From Paramoeba atlantica (Eukaryota; Protista; Discosea), in contig CDRNVI010000026.1 in NCBI GenBank assembly GCA_977017575.1, positions 434,001 through 498,000 of the forward strand: a DNA stretch of 64,000 bases, in the 5' to 3' direction. The first letter of the stretch is position 1. The number at the start of each line of letters is the position of its first letter. The translations under genes were made by a program, and so were the position numbers. The notes below the pieces were generated by a model. The model made no database searches. It was not told where the DNA came from and worked only from the letters and a program-made list of their open reading frames with translations. Below, one piece after another: positions 1-11,538 of this stretch.

Positions 1-489
1 TACGGAACTCTAGGTTTTAACGAACTTCACAGACGATATCCGTCAGACATCAGAAAAGATGAGAGTGAAAGACGAAAATTGAAGAACCGATTCGTGCCAA
101 CTCTTGCAGTTGACTTAAGTAATAATTACTTTTATAAATATGTGCCCGAGGGCGTCTTACCGAAGGGTATAACGTACGGTTATCAAAATTTCTCTAATTA
201 AGACCAATTCAGAGGGGAAGGGTTGTCTAGATTTCTTACAGTATAGTACAGTGCATAATAATCCTCTACCCCTTATCCTAGCGTTGCTCGGAGACCCCCT
301 TAATTCACCATTGAGGGGATTGACTCTTGCCGCGAAGCGGCACGATATACATTTCGTCTGGACCCCCCCCCCTGTATTTTGACCCCCTTCAATACTAGTA
401 GTATTATTTGGGTATTTAAACCTTCGCGTACGTGAATATGTGCATATTCACATATTTTTGACCAACATACCTCAAGGTAAGATGCACAA

Positions 490-569
490 TGCATACTGCC
501 CCATAGCATTACCTTTGTAGGGTGATGAGTTCGACTCCTTGCAACTTTATCGTCGGGATTCTGTATCAT
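490..569 (-). pseudogene. Short Tc1/IS630-like transposase fragment
   Basis: Translation QNPDDKVARSRTHHPTKVMLWGS matches QSPEDRVPKGCSHHPTKVMLWGA of the transposase at 55719-56732; the rest of the DDE domain is not seen. Confidence 0.5.
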
Positions 570-732
570 TCGTATCGAATATCTTCGTTACGTGTATCAT
601 TCGTATCGAATATCTTTTCGTCAGAAAAGACTATTATTTTAGAACCACCACTCCAAGTGGAAGCAAAATCAACTCTGTTTTCCTTCTGTCATGCACTCAA
701 GGCCATTGTAATAGGCCTAATAGGATTCGTTT

Positions 733-1291
733 CGAATCCGAGGTCCTTTTCACTCGTGGACACCTGTATCATACCTAAGCCGGAAAAAAACTGCAAAAAA
801 GTCGATTTTTTTTCACAGAGTACATTTTTTTCAAAATTGGTACACTTGTTGGTGATTCATGAAGAAGCACCGCCCCCTGTGCTTACCTTCCACGAGGCAG
901 GAGCCTCGTGTGCCCCGAGATGCGCACGGCACTCGCGATCGATTGAGAGCGACTTAAGTCCTATAAGACACTCGAAAATTTTCATAAATTTAGCCCCGGG
1001 TCCATTATTGAAACTTTTCGCTTTTTTTCTGAAGATTAACCGGAAACGTTTAAGAAAGCCTTCCGGGACTATAGTAAACGTTTTCTTTTGGTCAAGGAGG
1101 CTAAAGTGCATATGACTAAATACTAGAGATTACTTTGCACACCTTTTCCACGTCTTCTGACCTACTTTACTACTGTTCCTCATCCGAAACATTCAAAAAA
1201 ATGAGCCCAAAAAAATTGTAATTAGCGTTTTTCACCCCTACCTGGCTAGGGGGGGTAGGGGGTCGCTCGAATGAAAAGGACCTCGGATTCG
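733..1291. repeat. Inverted repeat pair (24 bp, 1 mismatch) enclosing ~510 bp; possible MITE remnant
   Basis: CGAATCCGAGGTCCTTTTCACTCG (733-756) vs the reverse complement of 1268-1291; no TSD found. Confidence 0.45.
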
Positions 1292-1542
1292 GAACGATTA
1301 GGTCGAAAAACGGTGGTATACCAAATATTTCCAAAATCGGACAAAATACAAGACCTGTAGGGGGGGGGGGGTAAAAGACGCTGAACACCACTGTACAAGT
1401 ATGTATACTGCTATGTACATGTGTATTTCTCATTAACATAAGATTTACAATTTATTTCACAGGTTTCCATTTTTTTCTGCTTATCTCGCTCCTCCCGACA
1501 TAATTTCAACTGCTACTTCTCATTTACCCCCCTCTCATCCCC

Positions 1543-2331
1543 ATGTCTTCCAGCCACCTCCACCACCACACCCCCCACACCACCCAAAACCAAGGCAACG
1601 CCCTAGGCACACGCTCCAGCATACGTCTCTGTACACACGGCAAATCCCAAGGCCATGGAGGTGCAATGAAAGATCTTCTCGGTCTCTCCTCCTCCGGTTC
1701 TGTCTCAAAACCACCTACCCCCTTCTCTCATACACCCTCTTCTAACGTTCAGAACGTATCAAACAGCAGCAAAGAAGAAGCTCTACCCGCGAAAAATACA
1801 GATATTGAAAACATAAACACAATCTCTTCTTCTTCTTCTCATCCGAACGTGTTGAATACCACAACAACTCGTAGCACGACGCGGTCTCAATCTCACCTTC
1901 ACCTCTCGTGCCCCAGTTCCACACAGAACCAGGGGAACGTGCTAGGGGAGCGTCCCTGTGTGAGACGCAATGTGATTGGCACCCGCCATGGTGGGGGGAA
2001 CGCCATGAAGGCACTGCTGTCCAATGAGACACTGCAGTGGAAGGGGGAGGGGGAGGGGATGGGCGCGTCAAAGAGCTCCTCCGGGGAGTGGGGAGAGGGG
2101 TCGGAACCTCTGTATGACCCGGAGGTGGAGGTGAGGAAGACCGAGGGGCGAGGGGCTGTGGGAGACCCGAGAGTTGCGATGGAGAAGGTCGCACGAGGGT
2201 TGGAGAAGATGAAGGATGTGATGCAGACCCCGGAGAAAGGGGGGCTGTCGCAACGGGTTGTGGATGAAGTGCAGAAACGACAGACTCCGGTGAGTCGTAC
2301 GTTGCAGACAACGATGGAGTTCTATGGGTAG
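1543..2331 (+). CDS. Hypothetical low-complexity protein with two copies of a QNQGNxLGxR...GG..MKxLL motif
   Basis: 262-aa ATG ORF on the cluster strand, pyrimidine-rich upstream sequence, internally duplicated ~30-aa motif. Confidence 0.65.
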   Translation: MSSSHLHHHTPHTTQNQGNALGTRSSIRLCTHGKSQGHGGAMKDLLGLSSSGSVSKPPTPFSHTPSSNVQNVSNSSKEEALPAKNTDIENINTISSSSSHPNVLNTTTTRSTTRSQSHLHLSCPSSTQNQGNVLGERPCVRRNVIGTRHGGGNAMKALLSNETLQWKGEGEGMGASKSSSGEWGEGSEPLYDPEVEVRKTEGRGAVGDPRVAMEKVARGLEKMKDVMQTPEKGGLSQRVVDEVQKRQTPVSRTLQTTMEFYG

Positions 2332-2783
2332 GCACTTATCAGTAGAAAGCGTGAAAAATGAACGTGTCAAAAATTATTGGAGGACGTGTGCATTTCCTGT
2401 AGATTGGCATATTTTTTCTTCAATTTAAATGTTCTAGAATATTGTCACAACTTACTTGTTTCGTTTATTTAGATATCGCTTCACAGACTATAGAATTCCA
2501 TGAATGATATGACTCGCACAAATTTTGAGTGTGTGTCCACTGAGGTTATGCAGGGGGTATAACTGATAACCTCTCGGCTCTGGATTTACATAGATTGCAT
2601 TCTTACTAACGCAAATTTTTTTGTGTGAAGCATTTGGAGTCCTGAAACAAAACCTAGTCTCCAAACACGGTTTGTTTGTTCAAACACTACTAATTTGTCT
2701 AATATAAATATTTGAAGAAAATCATTTACTCTCTAACTTAATCTTTCACTCTGCTCCGCCTTTTCTTCTCCAGGAGCTTTACC

Positions 2784-4736
2784 ATGCAACGTGAGTTCGA
2801 ACACACTTTGACGAAATTTCACTTTCGTCAACTTACCGCCGCCTTTCCTCCACAGAATCAAGATCAAATCCCCACACATGACCAAAAATGCACCATAAAA
2901 CCCACGTCGTCTGTGGCAAAATCCACCGTTTCCCCCTCCTCCAGTCCCCCTGAGAGCTGTTTTGGCTACGCCCCTCGTGTCCAATCTACCGGTTCTCGAT
3001 CTAAACCTACTGCCCGCCTAACCCCTTTATCTTCCCTCACCCCTGCACTCTCAGGCGAGCACGTCGTGCTACGTGGTCGGGTCCACACGATTCGAGCGAA
3101 GGGTCGGCTTGCTTTTTTACTGCTGCGCTCGTTTACGGAAATCGTCCAAGTGATCTTTGTCGGGGGTGAGCACATCTCCAAACCTTTTCTTCGATTTGTC
3201 TCGAAACTCCATCCGGAGTCGATTGTGGAGGTTACGGGAACGGTCTCGGTGGCACCGGTGCCGATTGCCAATACCACACAGCCCTCCGTAGAAATTTCAG
3301 GCCGTTCGGTGTTTGTGATCTCGGAAGCTCCAGCGGTGCTTCCTTTTCAACTCGCCGATGCCTCAGGGAGTGAGAAAATGGAAAAAACGGCCGGGACTAC
3401 AGAAAGTCGGGGCCCCACCGACAACAAAGAGGAGAACAAAGTTTCGTTATCCGTAAACCCCGAGACCCGGTTGGATCACCGCTGGTTGGACTTGCGTACC
3501 CCGGCCAATCATGCCATCTTTGTGGTCGAAAGTAAAATGCAGCAGTACTTTCGGGAGTACCTCACAAACCCAGAACGGTCGTTCACTGAGATTCATACCC
3601 CGAAACTGATTGGGACCGCCAGTGAGGGTGGCGCCTCGGTGTTTCGCCTGGACTACTTTGGTCGCAAAGTTTTTCTTGCACAAAGTCCTCAGCTGTATAA
3701 GCAGATGGCGCTGCAAGGAGATTTGGGGAAAGGCGTGTTTGAGATTGGATCCGTGTTTCGTGCAGAGAACGCGAACACCTACCGACACCTGTGTGAGTTT
3801 GTCGGGCTGGATGTGGAGATGGTGATTCAGGATCACTATAGTGAGTGCCTGGACCTCGCTGAGGATTTGTTTCACACCATGTTTGCAAGGCTGGAGAACG
3901 AATGCGAGGCTTTGTTACGCACCGTACGGGCGCAATTTCCAGTCTCTCCGATAGCGTATGCGGTCCCGGAAAGTGTTATCCATTCACTGGGCGTGGGTAT
4001 TCTTGAGGACGGGGTGGAGAGCACTGACCTTTACGGTGCGACTGTTCGCAGCGTAGCAATGCCTTCGCTACGTTTGTCATACCCCAACGCCATAACTCTG
4101 TTAAATGAAGTCATTATTCGTGTAGAGAGCGCCAAATCATCCACCGAGTCAGAGTCCAAGTCGTTTCTTGAGTCATTAAAAGGTGTTTCCGATGCTTCAC
4201 ATGATTTCGTCATTCCTCCCCCCATGGAGGTTACCGAGGACCTCAGCACCACACACGAGAAATTCCTCGGACGCGTCATTAAGCAACGCTACGGGGTAGA
4301 TTTCTATGTCATTGACAAATACCCCCGATCCGTGCGGCCGTTCTATACCATGCCAGCCGTAGCGCTAACTGAGGAGGACACTGACCGCTCGTGTGAGCCT
4401 AATTTGTCTCACGCGCCGATCACAGAATCTTTACAGGTTCAGCATCCTCCATGCTCACGACTGTGGTCCAATAGTTACGACATGTTTCTTCGAGGAGAGG
4501 AAATTTCCAGCGGGGCGCAGCGTATCCATGACCCGAGTCTGTTAACCGCCAGTGCGGCAGGTCGAGGGATTGACCCCAACACCATCGGGGACTACATCCA
4601 ATCCTTTGCTCTTGGGGCGTGGCCACACGCAGGGTTTGGTGTCGGGCTGGAGCGCCTCGTGATGCTTTTTCTGGGCTTGAGAAACATTCGACAGACGTCG
4701 ATGTTTCCTCGTGACCCCCGGCGGGTGGCGCCGTAG
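2784..4736 (+). CDS. AspRS: Aspartyl-tRNA synthetase (eukaryotic-type, class IIb)
   Basis: OB-fold (LRGRVHTIRAKGRLAFLLLR), RLDHRWLDLRT, LAQSPQLYKQM, motif 2 FRAENANTYRHLCEFVGLDVEM, EEISSGAQRIH, motif 3 GFGVGLERL and terminal FPRDPRR. Start codon uncertain (long N-terminal extension). Confidence 0.95.
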   Translation: MQREFEHTLTKFHFRQLTAAFPPQNQDQIPTHDQKCTIKPTSSVAKSTVSPSSSPPESCFGYAPRVQSTGSRSKPTARLTPLSSLTPALSGEHVVLRGRVHTIRAKGRLAFLLLRSFTEIVQVIFVGGEHISKPFLRFVSKLHPESIVEVTGTVSVAPVPIANTTQPSVEISGRSVFVISEAPAVLPFQLADASGSEKMEKTAGTTESRGPTDNKEENKVSLSVNPETRLDHRWLDLRTPANHAIFVVESKMQQYFREYLTNPERSFTEIHTPKLIGTASEGGASVFRLDYFGRKVFLAQSPQLYKQMALQGDLGKGVFEIGSVFRAENANTYRHLCEFVGLDVEMVIQDHYSECLDLAEDLFHTMFARLENECEALLRTVRAQFPVSPIAYAVPESVIHSLGVGILEDGVESTDLYGATVRSVAMPSLRLSYPNAITLLNEVIIRVESAKSSTESESKSFLESLKGVSDASHDFVIPPPMEVTEDLSTTHEKFLGRVIKQRYGVDFYVIDKYPRSVRPFYTMPAVALTEEDTDRSCEPNLSHAPITESLQVQHPPCSRLWSNSYDMFLRGEEISSGAQRIHDPSLLTASAAGRGIDPNTIGDYIQSFALGAWPHAGFGVGLERLVMLFLGLRNIRQTSMFPRDPRRVAP

Positions 4737-5240
4737 AAACAAGCGAAAAGGAGAAGACTTGCTTTGTAGGTATCCAGTTTACGATTTTCGAAGTGACGGG
4801 ATCCATAAAGGTTTTTGTGGCTGAATGAGCTGTTGGGTTGGGCGATTGTTCCGCCTGGGCGAGGACTTCGACGTTCTTTATTATGTCGTGTCTTGTATGC
4901 TTCGTCACAAAGTACTAATAGGAATTCGTATGGAAAGCCGCGAGTTATGTTTCATATAAAGTCGTCTTTACGTTGTCCGTGATTTTATGGTGCTCTCTTT
5001 CTTCTGAAACTCATATTAACCTCAATGTAATTAGGCTAGGATATATTTCAACGCTATTTAGAGCTGCACACATAGTATTTATTTTAACCTTATTTTAATT
5101 TTAGAGGCTTTTAATTGAAGCGAAAAAGTCTGGATCTGACGCATTGCCTTGCTATAAGCTATACATGTAGGAAGAATTTTTATACGGTAGCTACACCTCA
5201 AAAAAAAAGAATTATTTTTGATTGTTGTCAATAGTTAGTT

Positions 5241-7874
5241 ATGTATATTCAGCTTGTGTTTGGGATATCTTCCATTGATTTGAAGCCGTCGTCACCTAAA
5301 AAAGTTCGCGGCGTGAGTCTTCCTCAGGAATATGAACTCAGTCTATTTCTGCGCGACGCATCAGCGGATGATCCATCGTGGGGCACGCATAATGAGGCTT
5401 GCGCCTGGAAAAGGGTGACGTGCAATAGCAAAGGTTTCGTCGATCGTATTATTTGGACGAACAAAAACATTCGTGGAAAGATTCACTTGAGCGCGCTTCC
5501 CACAACGGTGCGTTGCGTGTGGATGTCTAACAATGAATTGATCGGAAATATTTATTTAGATACCCTGCCCACCTCCATGGAACGCTTGTGTCTATCATCA
5601 AATCACTTGGAAGGGACCTTAGACTTAACTTCGCTTCCCGACAATCTTCTCGCTCTTAATTTACATAGTAACAAATTTTCTGGGTCCATTCTTTTGAATC
5701 AGCTTCCTCCTTCTTTCCGCTGGCTATCTCTTCACTCCAATTGTCTCACGGGAGCGCTGGATTTGTTTCAATTACCCGCTTCATTGAAACATATTGAACT
5801 TCACCGAAACGGTTTTCATGGATATATTGAACTCCGTCACCTGCCTTCAAACCTTCAATACCTTGATCTTAGTTCGAATGAACTTTCTGGTGTCATATAT
5901 CTCACTCATCTTCCTTCAGTACTTCTGAATCTGGACCTCTCAATAAATATGCTCAGTGGGGATATTAGCTTTTGTGCACTGCCTCAGGCGTTGCAAACAA
6001 TAGATATCGCCTTCAATGCCTTCACTGGCTCTCCACAATGGGATAAACTACCAAATAATTTAGAGGTCCTATATTTAATGGGCAACGAGCTTGTGGGAAC
6101 CGTTGAGCTCACTCACTTACCGCAATCACTGAGAGAACTTCATTTGAGTAATAATAAATTTACAGGGCGCGTAGATCTTACACAACTTCCTGTGAGCTTA
6201 ACTGAACTGAGCTTATCGGCCAACAACATATCTGGACCTTTATCGCTTTCTCACCTTCCAGACGGTCTTGAGCAGCTAAAACTCTACAACAATTCTTTTT
6301 CTGGAAATATTAATTTTTCGCATCTTCCCGCCTCATTGACATACGCAGATGTTAGCTTTAATAACCTGACCGGTGAGCTAGATCTGAGGACTCTCCCACC
6401 CGATTTGGTTAAGCTCTTTCTTTACGAGAATAACTTTACGGGACCCCTAGACTTAACTTATTTGCCGAATACCTTACAAGAACTGATTGCCAGCGAGAAT
6501 TTATTCAATCAGGATGTGTCACTCGTAGATCTACCGGTGTCTCTCACTCTATTGTCAATTTCCAACAACAATCTCAGCGGCGAGATCTCTCTTTTGAGTC
6601 TCCCGAAAAGTCTTCTAACTCTTGAGATTGATGGAAATGAATTTGAAGCAAACATTGATTTAGCCTTCTTACCAAATGCCCTGACCCGATTGAATGCCAG
6701 TCGCAATAGATTCAGCGGGCCGCTTGATCTACTGAAGCTTCCAATCACTTTGAAGTACCTTTTGCTGAATCAAAATATATTGGACGGGTCTATAGATCTT
6801 GCAAATTTGCCCCAAGATTTACAGTGCCTTGAAGTTTCCGACAATAAATTTTCCGGAGAACTAAACTTTTCTCATCTTCCCGGGAAAATTGAGGCTCTCT
6901 ATTTTTCCGAAAATGAATTTGAAGGAACACTTCACTTATTTCAGCTACCGCCAGAATTGTGGATACTAGATGTGCACTGTAATAATTTTTCTGGGTCTAT
7001 CGATATTAATCATCTTCCACCGGGTATGGAAGAGTTAAACCTTTCCATGAATCACTTTGAAGGAACTCTGCAACTTTCACAGCTTCCGCTCTCTTTACGA
7101 TCTCTTTCTGTGAGAAATAATGAATTTTCTGACGAGTTGGATTTGAGGCACTTACCCTCTCAACTCCGGGAGTTGACTCTCGCGTGCAACAGGCTAAAAG
7201 GAACTGTTTCTCTTCATCAACTTCCAAGCAGCCTTCAAGAGTTGTACCTTTCCGGAAATGAGTTCACTGGGAGCGTTAATACGACCGCTCTACCCAATTC
7301 AATGACTGACTTGGATGGATGGAAAAACAGTTTCACGGAGGGAATGGACTTAACGCAGCTTCCTGATTCTCTCAGACTATTGTTATTTTCTAATAATATG
7401 TTTTCAGGGTCTCTTGACCTCACCATGCTCCCCCAATCTCTTCGTTTTCTTTTCCTAAGGGGGAATCAATTTTCCGGTCCAATAGATCTTTCTCAACTTC
7501 CTGCTGGAATGATAGAAATACACCGCAGTGAAAACCAATTTACTGGCTCTATTGTCTTAGTAGATCTACCTCAGTCGCTTATTGGAATACTTCTTGGTAA
7601 TAATCGTTTATCGGGGAGTCTTAATCTGACAAGTTTGCCTGCTTCCCTCATACAGCTTGAGCTACACCACAATAATTTTTTCGGAAACCTTAATTTGGAT
7701 TCCTTGCCACCATTCTTAGAGGGGCTTTCGTTGGAATTCAATAAGTTATCTGGAAAATTATATTTACCTCAGCTACCCCTAGGACTTCAGACTCTTTCAC
7801 TTCAAAATAATTCGTTTATCAATGGCGATATAGATTTTTCCGAAGTCCCAGAAACAGTGAAGGTTGTTTACTAA
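5241..7874 (+). CDS. Long leucine-rich repeat protein (~34 x 23-aa repeats)
   Basis: Consensus LPxxLxxLxLxxNxFxGxLDLxx repeated throughout; N-terminal PKKVRG motif and W-x(6)-C-x-W-x-x-V-x-C cap. Confidence 0.92.
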   Translation: MYIQLVFGISSIDLKPSSPKKVRGVSLPQEYELSLFLRDASADDPSWGTHNEACAWKRVTCNSKGFVDRIIWTNKNIRGKIHLSALPTTVRCVWMSNNELIGNIYLDTLPTSMERLCLSSNHLEGTLDLTSLPDNLLALNLHSNKFSGSILLNQLPPSFRWLSLHSNCLTGALDLFQLPASLKHIELHRNGFHGYIELRHLPSNLQYLDLSSNELSGVIYLTHLPSVLLNLDLSINMLSGDISFCALPQALQTIDIAFNAFTGSPQWDKLPNNLEVLYLMGNELVGTVELTHLPQSLRELHLSNNKFTGRVDLTQLPVSLTELSLSANNISGPLSLSHLPDGLEQLKLYNNSFSGNINFSHLPASLTYADVSFNNLTGELDLRTLPPDLVKLFLYENNFTGPLDLTYLPNTLQELIASENLFNQDVSLVDLPVSLTLLSISNNNLSGEISLLSLPKSLLTLEIDGNEFEANIDLAFLPNALTRLNASRNRFSGPLDLLKLPITLKYLLLNQNILDGSIDLANLPQDLQCLEVSDNKFSGELNFSHLPGKIEALYFSENEFEGTLHLFQLPPELWILDVHCNNFSGSIDINHLPPGMEELNLSMNHFEGTLQLSQLPLSLRSLSVRNNEFSDELDLRHLPSQLRELTLACNRLKGTVSLHQLPSSLQELYLSGNEFTGSVNTTALPNSMTDLDGWKNSFTEGMDLTQLPDSLRLLLFSNNMFSGSLDLTMLPQSLRFLFLRGNQFSGPIDLSQLPAGMIEIHRSENQFTGSIVLVDLPQSLIGILLGNNRLSGSLNLTSLPASLIQLELHHNNFFGNLNLDSLPPFLEGLSLEFNKLSGKLYLPQLPLGLQTLSLQNNSFINGDIDFSEVPETVKVVY

Positions 7875-8082
7875 TACTGTGTGACCTTTTTTAAACTTCC
7901 TCCAGTTTCGGCAAAAACGAAGTATAAATGGGAGGACCTGAAATTTCCTCCTTTCTAAATACAGGCACATTCCGGCATCTTGTGTGCGTGAAAAATTAAC
8001 CGAGCTCAAAATATTTCCTCTTTTAACCCGGGGTCTGACCAGGTGCGCTTAAACGGAGGGGGAAAATTATTATTCTTTTCTT

Positions 8083-8350
8083 ATATTTGCGACAGGATGC
8101 CCCCTGGAGCCCTTCAGGGTCCAAAATTGTTTAGACAATATTATTATTTTCTTATATTTGCGACAGGATGCCCCCCTGGACCCTCTCAGGGTCCGAAATT
8201 GTTTAGACAATATTATTATTTTCTTATATTTGCGACAGGATGCCCCCTGGAGCCCTTCAGGGTCCAAAATTGTTTAGACAATATTATTATTTTCTCATAT
8301 TTGCGACAGGATGCCCCCCTGGACCCTCTCAGGGTCCGAAATTGTTTAGA
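8083..8350. repeat. Tandem repeat, 4 units alternating 71/72 bp
   Basis: ATATTTGCGACAGGATGCCCC starts at 8083, 8154, 8226 and 8297; the units alternate between two sequence variants. Confidence 0.9.
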
Positions 8351-8973
8351 CACGTTTTGAGCCACCGGAGTCCCTTTTATATTTTTTCTTTTATTCAACT
8401 GCTGCGGGTAATGATCTCGCATAATCTCACGTGATCTCGCATAATATCACGACCACATTAAAAGACATCTATCGTCGCTTCGCGGTACCTTTGTCGCTAC
8501 AATTCTGTCTGATCTTTATCATGATCTCACATGATCTTATCAGATCTTACGCGGTTTCGCATGACCTTACGTGATCTCGCGTGATCTCATTTAGACATTA
8601 CCTGCAGCCCCTCTATTATAATTATTCATTACTGTGTTTCTCTTTATAATTCCGCGTTTTTTGTTCACTTTTTATAATTAAGCAAGGGCTGATCAGAAGT
8701 GATACAACCACCGCTATCCTTAATTACCGCTACCTTAAACCACGACGTATCTTCCCGAATTCGTAATTCTAAAAAAATTGCTTTCGGGGTCATTCATTCG
8801 TGGGAGATATAATTATTATTGATCGTTTCATACTATCACTTGCGTTTATCGAAAACGGATGGAATAATTATTTACTGAACATTTTAAGGCGTACCACCAA
8901 TTAAAACCCTACTGAGCGATATTATTCAGTGGTTTATTCAGTTTCTTTTTCATTAGCTTCTTTGTTTTTGTAT

Positions 8974-10440
8974 ATGTCAGTGAGCTTCTCAACCGTTGTA
9001 CAAAAGCTTCGAGCCCAGCCGAATGCAGCAACGTCGGCACTGAATGACTACGTTGCACGACTAGCCCCCACTACGCTTACAAAACTTTCCAATGGATTTC
9101 AAGTCGCCAGCGAAAGCGCTGCTACGTTTCATCCGGACTTTGCGACCATAGGCGTTGTGCTGCAAGCCGGCAGTGCCTATGAGGGTCGCACTGAGAGCGG
9201 TGTTGCCTCAATGCTACAAAAGCTTTGTCTCGGCCGCGTGGGGAAGAAAACGCACGAGTCTCTGGCGCATGCCATTGAAGATGTAGGAGGTCACCTTAAA
9301 CTTTCCTCACAACGAGATCGTACATTGTTTTATTTCAAATGCCACAAATCGCAGCTGGAAAAAGCTGTTGCTCTGTTGGCCGAGATGGTTCGCTCTCCTT
9401 TGATCTCAGAAGAGGAGGTTGAGAAAGTTCGTACGCGCCAACTTCAGGAATTGAAGGAATTTGAGGAGGATCCGGATGGGATTATGATGGATAACCTGCA
9501 CACAGCCTGTCTCGACAGCACTGAGAGGGGTTACGGAGCGAAACCTAAGGGCACACTCGAGACAGTTCCGAAAATTACCTCATCAATGCTTGAGCAGTAT
9601 CACAGAGAGAACTGGACAGCTGGCCGTGCGATGCTCCTGGGGGTAGGCGGAGTGAATCACGCTCAACTCGAATCTTGGGCCTCCAAATATTTTAGTGATC
9701 TCCCCGAGAGTGGGCCCGCGCCACCGATTAACAGCCGCTACGTTGGAGGCGACATTAAGTTCTGGAACACGCGCATGAAGCTGACGCACTATGCCTGGGC
9801 TTTTGAGACTTGTGGTGCAGACTGTGGCGATGTCGTGCCATTGGAACTTGTGAATCATATTCACGGTCGTTTCCACCGCTCCCAACACGACCTCGTGCAG
9901 CACAGCAACCAGTTGAACTACAAGTGCTTCAGTGCGATGAATTTTTTGGTTCCCACATTACAGTACTTCAACGAAAAAGGTATCGAGATAGTAAATCCTT
10001 TCTTCCATTGCTACGAAGATGTGGGGCTCAGTGGTCTTCATTTGGTGGCGCGAACGGCTCAGACCCTCCCAGAGGTGACGTCAAATATCAGCGACTATGT
10101 CCAGCTTACGATGGGGGAGTACTGTCGCTTGACACAGAAAGCAATCCATGCGCGGGAACTGGAGCAAGCCAAGGTGAACTACAAGGTGCAGCTACTAATG
10201 AACCGGGATGGTCTCAGCAATCGTTTTGAGGACTTATCCAGGGAGCTGTTCTACGTGAAGCGCTCCGTCCCTGTGCAAGAAATGTTTGCTCGAATCGACG
10301 ACTTGACGCCAACTAACTTAATGGAGGTTTTGCAGCATTACTTCTACAGTCGACGACCTGTCCTATCATATACGGGATACGTCGCTGATACACCAGGGTA
10401 CGATCAAGTGACGCATTGGACATATAAATATTTATATTAA
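8974..10440 (+). CDS. M16 peptidase-family mitochondrial protein, non-catalytic (MPP-beta-like / complex III core-1-like)
   Basis: TKLSNGFQVASE, IGVVLQAGSAYE..ESGVASMLQKL (HXXEH zinc motif replaced), SRYVGGD and C-terminal M16 region. First ATG at 8974; the ORF track starts at an upstream GTG. Confidence 0.88.
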   Translation: MSVSFSTVVQKLRAQPNAATSALNDYVARLAPTTLTKLSNGFQVASESAATFHPDFATIGVVLQAGSAYEGRTESGVASMLQKLCLGRVGKKTHESLAHAIEDVGGHLKLSSQRDRTLFYFKCHKSQLEKAVALLAEMVRSPLISEEEVEKVRTRQLQELKEFEEDPDGIMMDNLHTACLDSTERGYGAKPKGTLETVPKITSSMLEQYHRENWTAGRAMLLGVGGVNHAQLESWASKYFSDLPESGPAPPINSRYVGGDIKFWNTRMKLTHYAWAFETCGADCGDVVPLELVNHIHGRFHRSQHDLVQHSNQLNYKCFSAMNFLVPTLQYFNEKGIEIVNPFFHCYEDVGLSGLHLVARTAQTLPEVTSNISDYVQLTMGEYCRLTQKAIHARELEQAKVNYKVQLLMNRDGLSNRFEDLSRELFYVKRSVPVQEMFARIDDLTPTNLMEVLQHYFYSRRPVLSYTGYVADTPGYDQVTHWTYKYLY

Positions 10441-10941
10441 ACTATTGCGAAAACAAAGTGACATTTAGGTCCATAAAAAGATGTTAAAATGTCTTCATTT
10501 ATTTGCGCATGTATGATCTTAAGTATAATCTGCACCCAGTGACTCGCTTAAGTAAATCACTAACCGGATTGAACATAACAAAATAAAGAAATTGTGTACT
10601 AGCCTACGGCATTCTTGATCGAACGTTCCACATAGTTTGTATAGTTCTTTCTATTTGAACCTTTTTCCATATTCTTTTATAAACTCCTCTCTCCTATACA
10701 AATTCATATTAAATGCATAAGTTGCACAATGATCAGAGCCTTTTCCTTTTTTATACAGCGATGAAATGCAGTAGAACATATATCTGTGGTTACTTGCAGA
10801 TTGAGATATGCGTACCACAATCATCAACAATGACCTAGAAATAACGGTGTTTAGTGTTTTTTTCGCTTTTTTAATTTGGTCGCACTTAATAGCAGCTCTT
10901 ACTATATGCTTTGTTGCTGTCTGCCTCTCTTTCTGCCTCTC

Positions 10942-11538
10942 ATGTCTTCAGATTCTGCACATCGCGTGCAACCGGCCAAAATTCGTGGTGTTACCTTACC
11001 GGAGGAATACGAACTCGCTCGATTGATTCAAAATATAGAAAACCCTCTCACCTCTTGGAACACACACACTCCTGCTTGTAGTTGGGAAAAAGTAGAGTGC
11101 AACTCGGAACAACAAGTTCTCAAGATCAATTGGTCGCTCACGAAATTACATGGGTCTCTTCATGCAGAGCATATTCCGAGACATTTGTATCGCTTTGACG
11201 TGTGGCACAATAAACTTCACGGAGCTTTCACTTTTGTAGCGCTCCCGTCCTCCCTCGTGCTCTTAGATCTTAGCAAGAATGCCTTTTCAGTAGCCCCTGA
11301 CCTAAGTCACCTACCACCCATGTTAAAGGAATTAATTTTGCGAGACAACCGTCTTGAGGGCTACGTAAATCTCTCATCTTTTCCAGTGTCTTTAACTCAT
11401 TTGTGGCTATACTCTAACCCTGAACTTGGGGGGGATTTAAATGTCGCAGTGCTTCCTCGAACGCTCGGGTACGATGTTAGAGATACGCAGATACGGGTAA
11501 CAAACGGACCTGACCATAGACGAGTTACAGATAACTGA
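10942..11538 (+). CDS. Short LRR protein, same family as 5241-7874
   Basis: PAKIRGVTLPEEYEL motif, W..H.PACSWEKVEC cap, ~4 LRR units; alternative ATG at 10906. Confidence 0.85.
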   Translation: MSSDSAHRVQPAKIRGVTLPEEYELARLIQNIENPLTSWNTHTPACSWEKVECNSEQQVLKINWSLTKLHGSLHAEHIPRHLYRFDVWHNKLHGAFTFVALPSSLVLLDLSKNAFSVAPDLSHLPPMLKELILRDNRLEGYVNLSSFPVSLTHLWLYSNPELGGDLNVAVLPRTLGYDVRDTQIRVTNGPDHRRVTDN

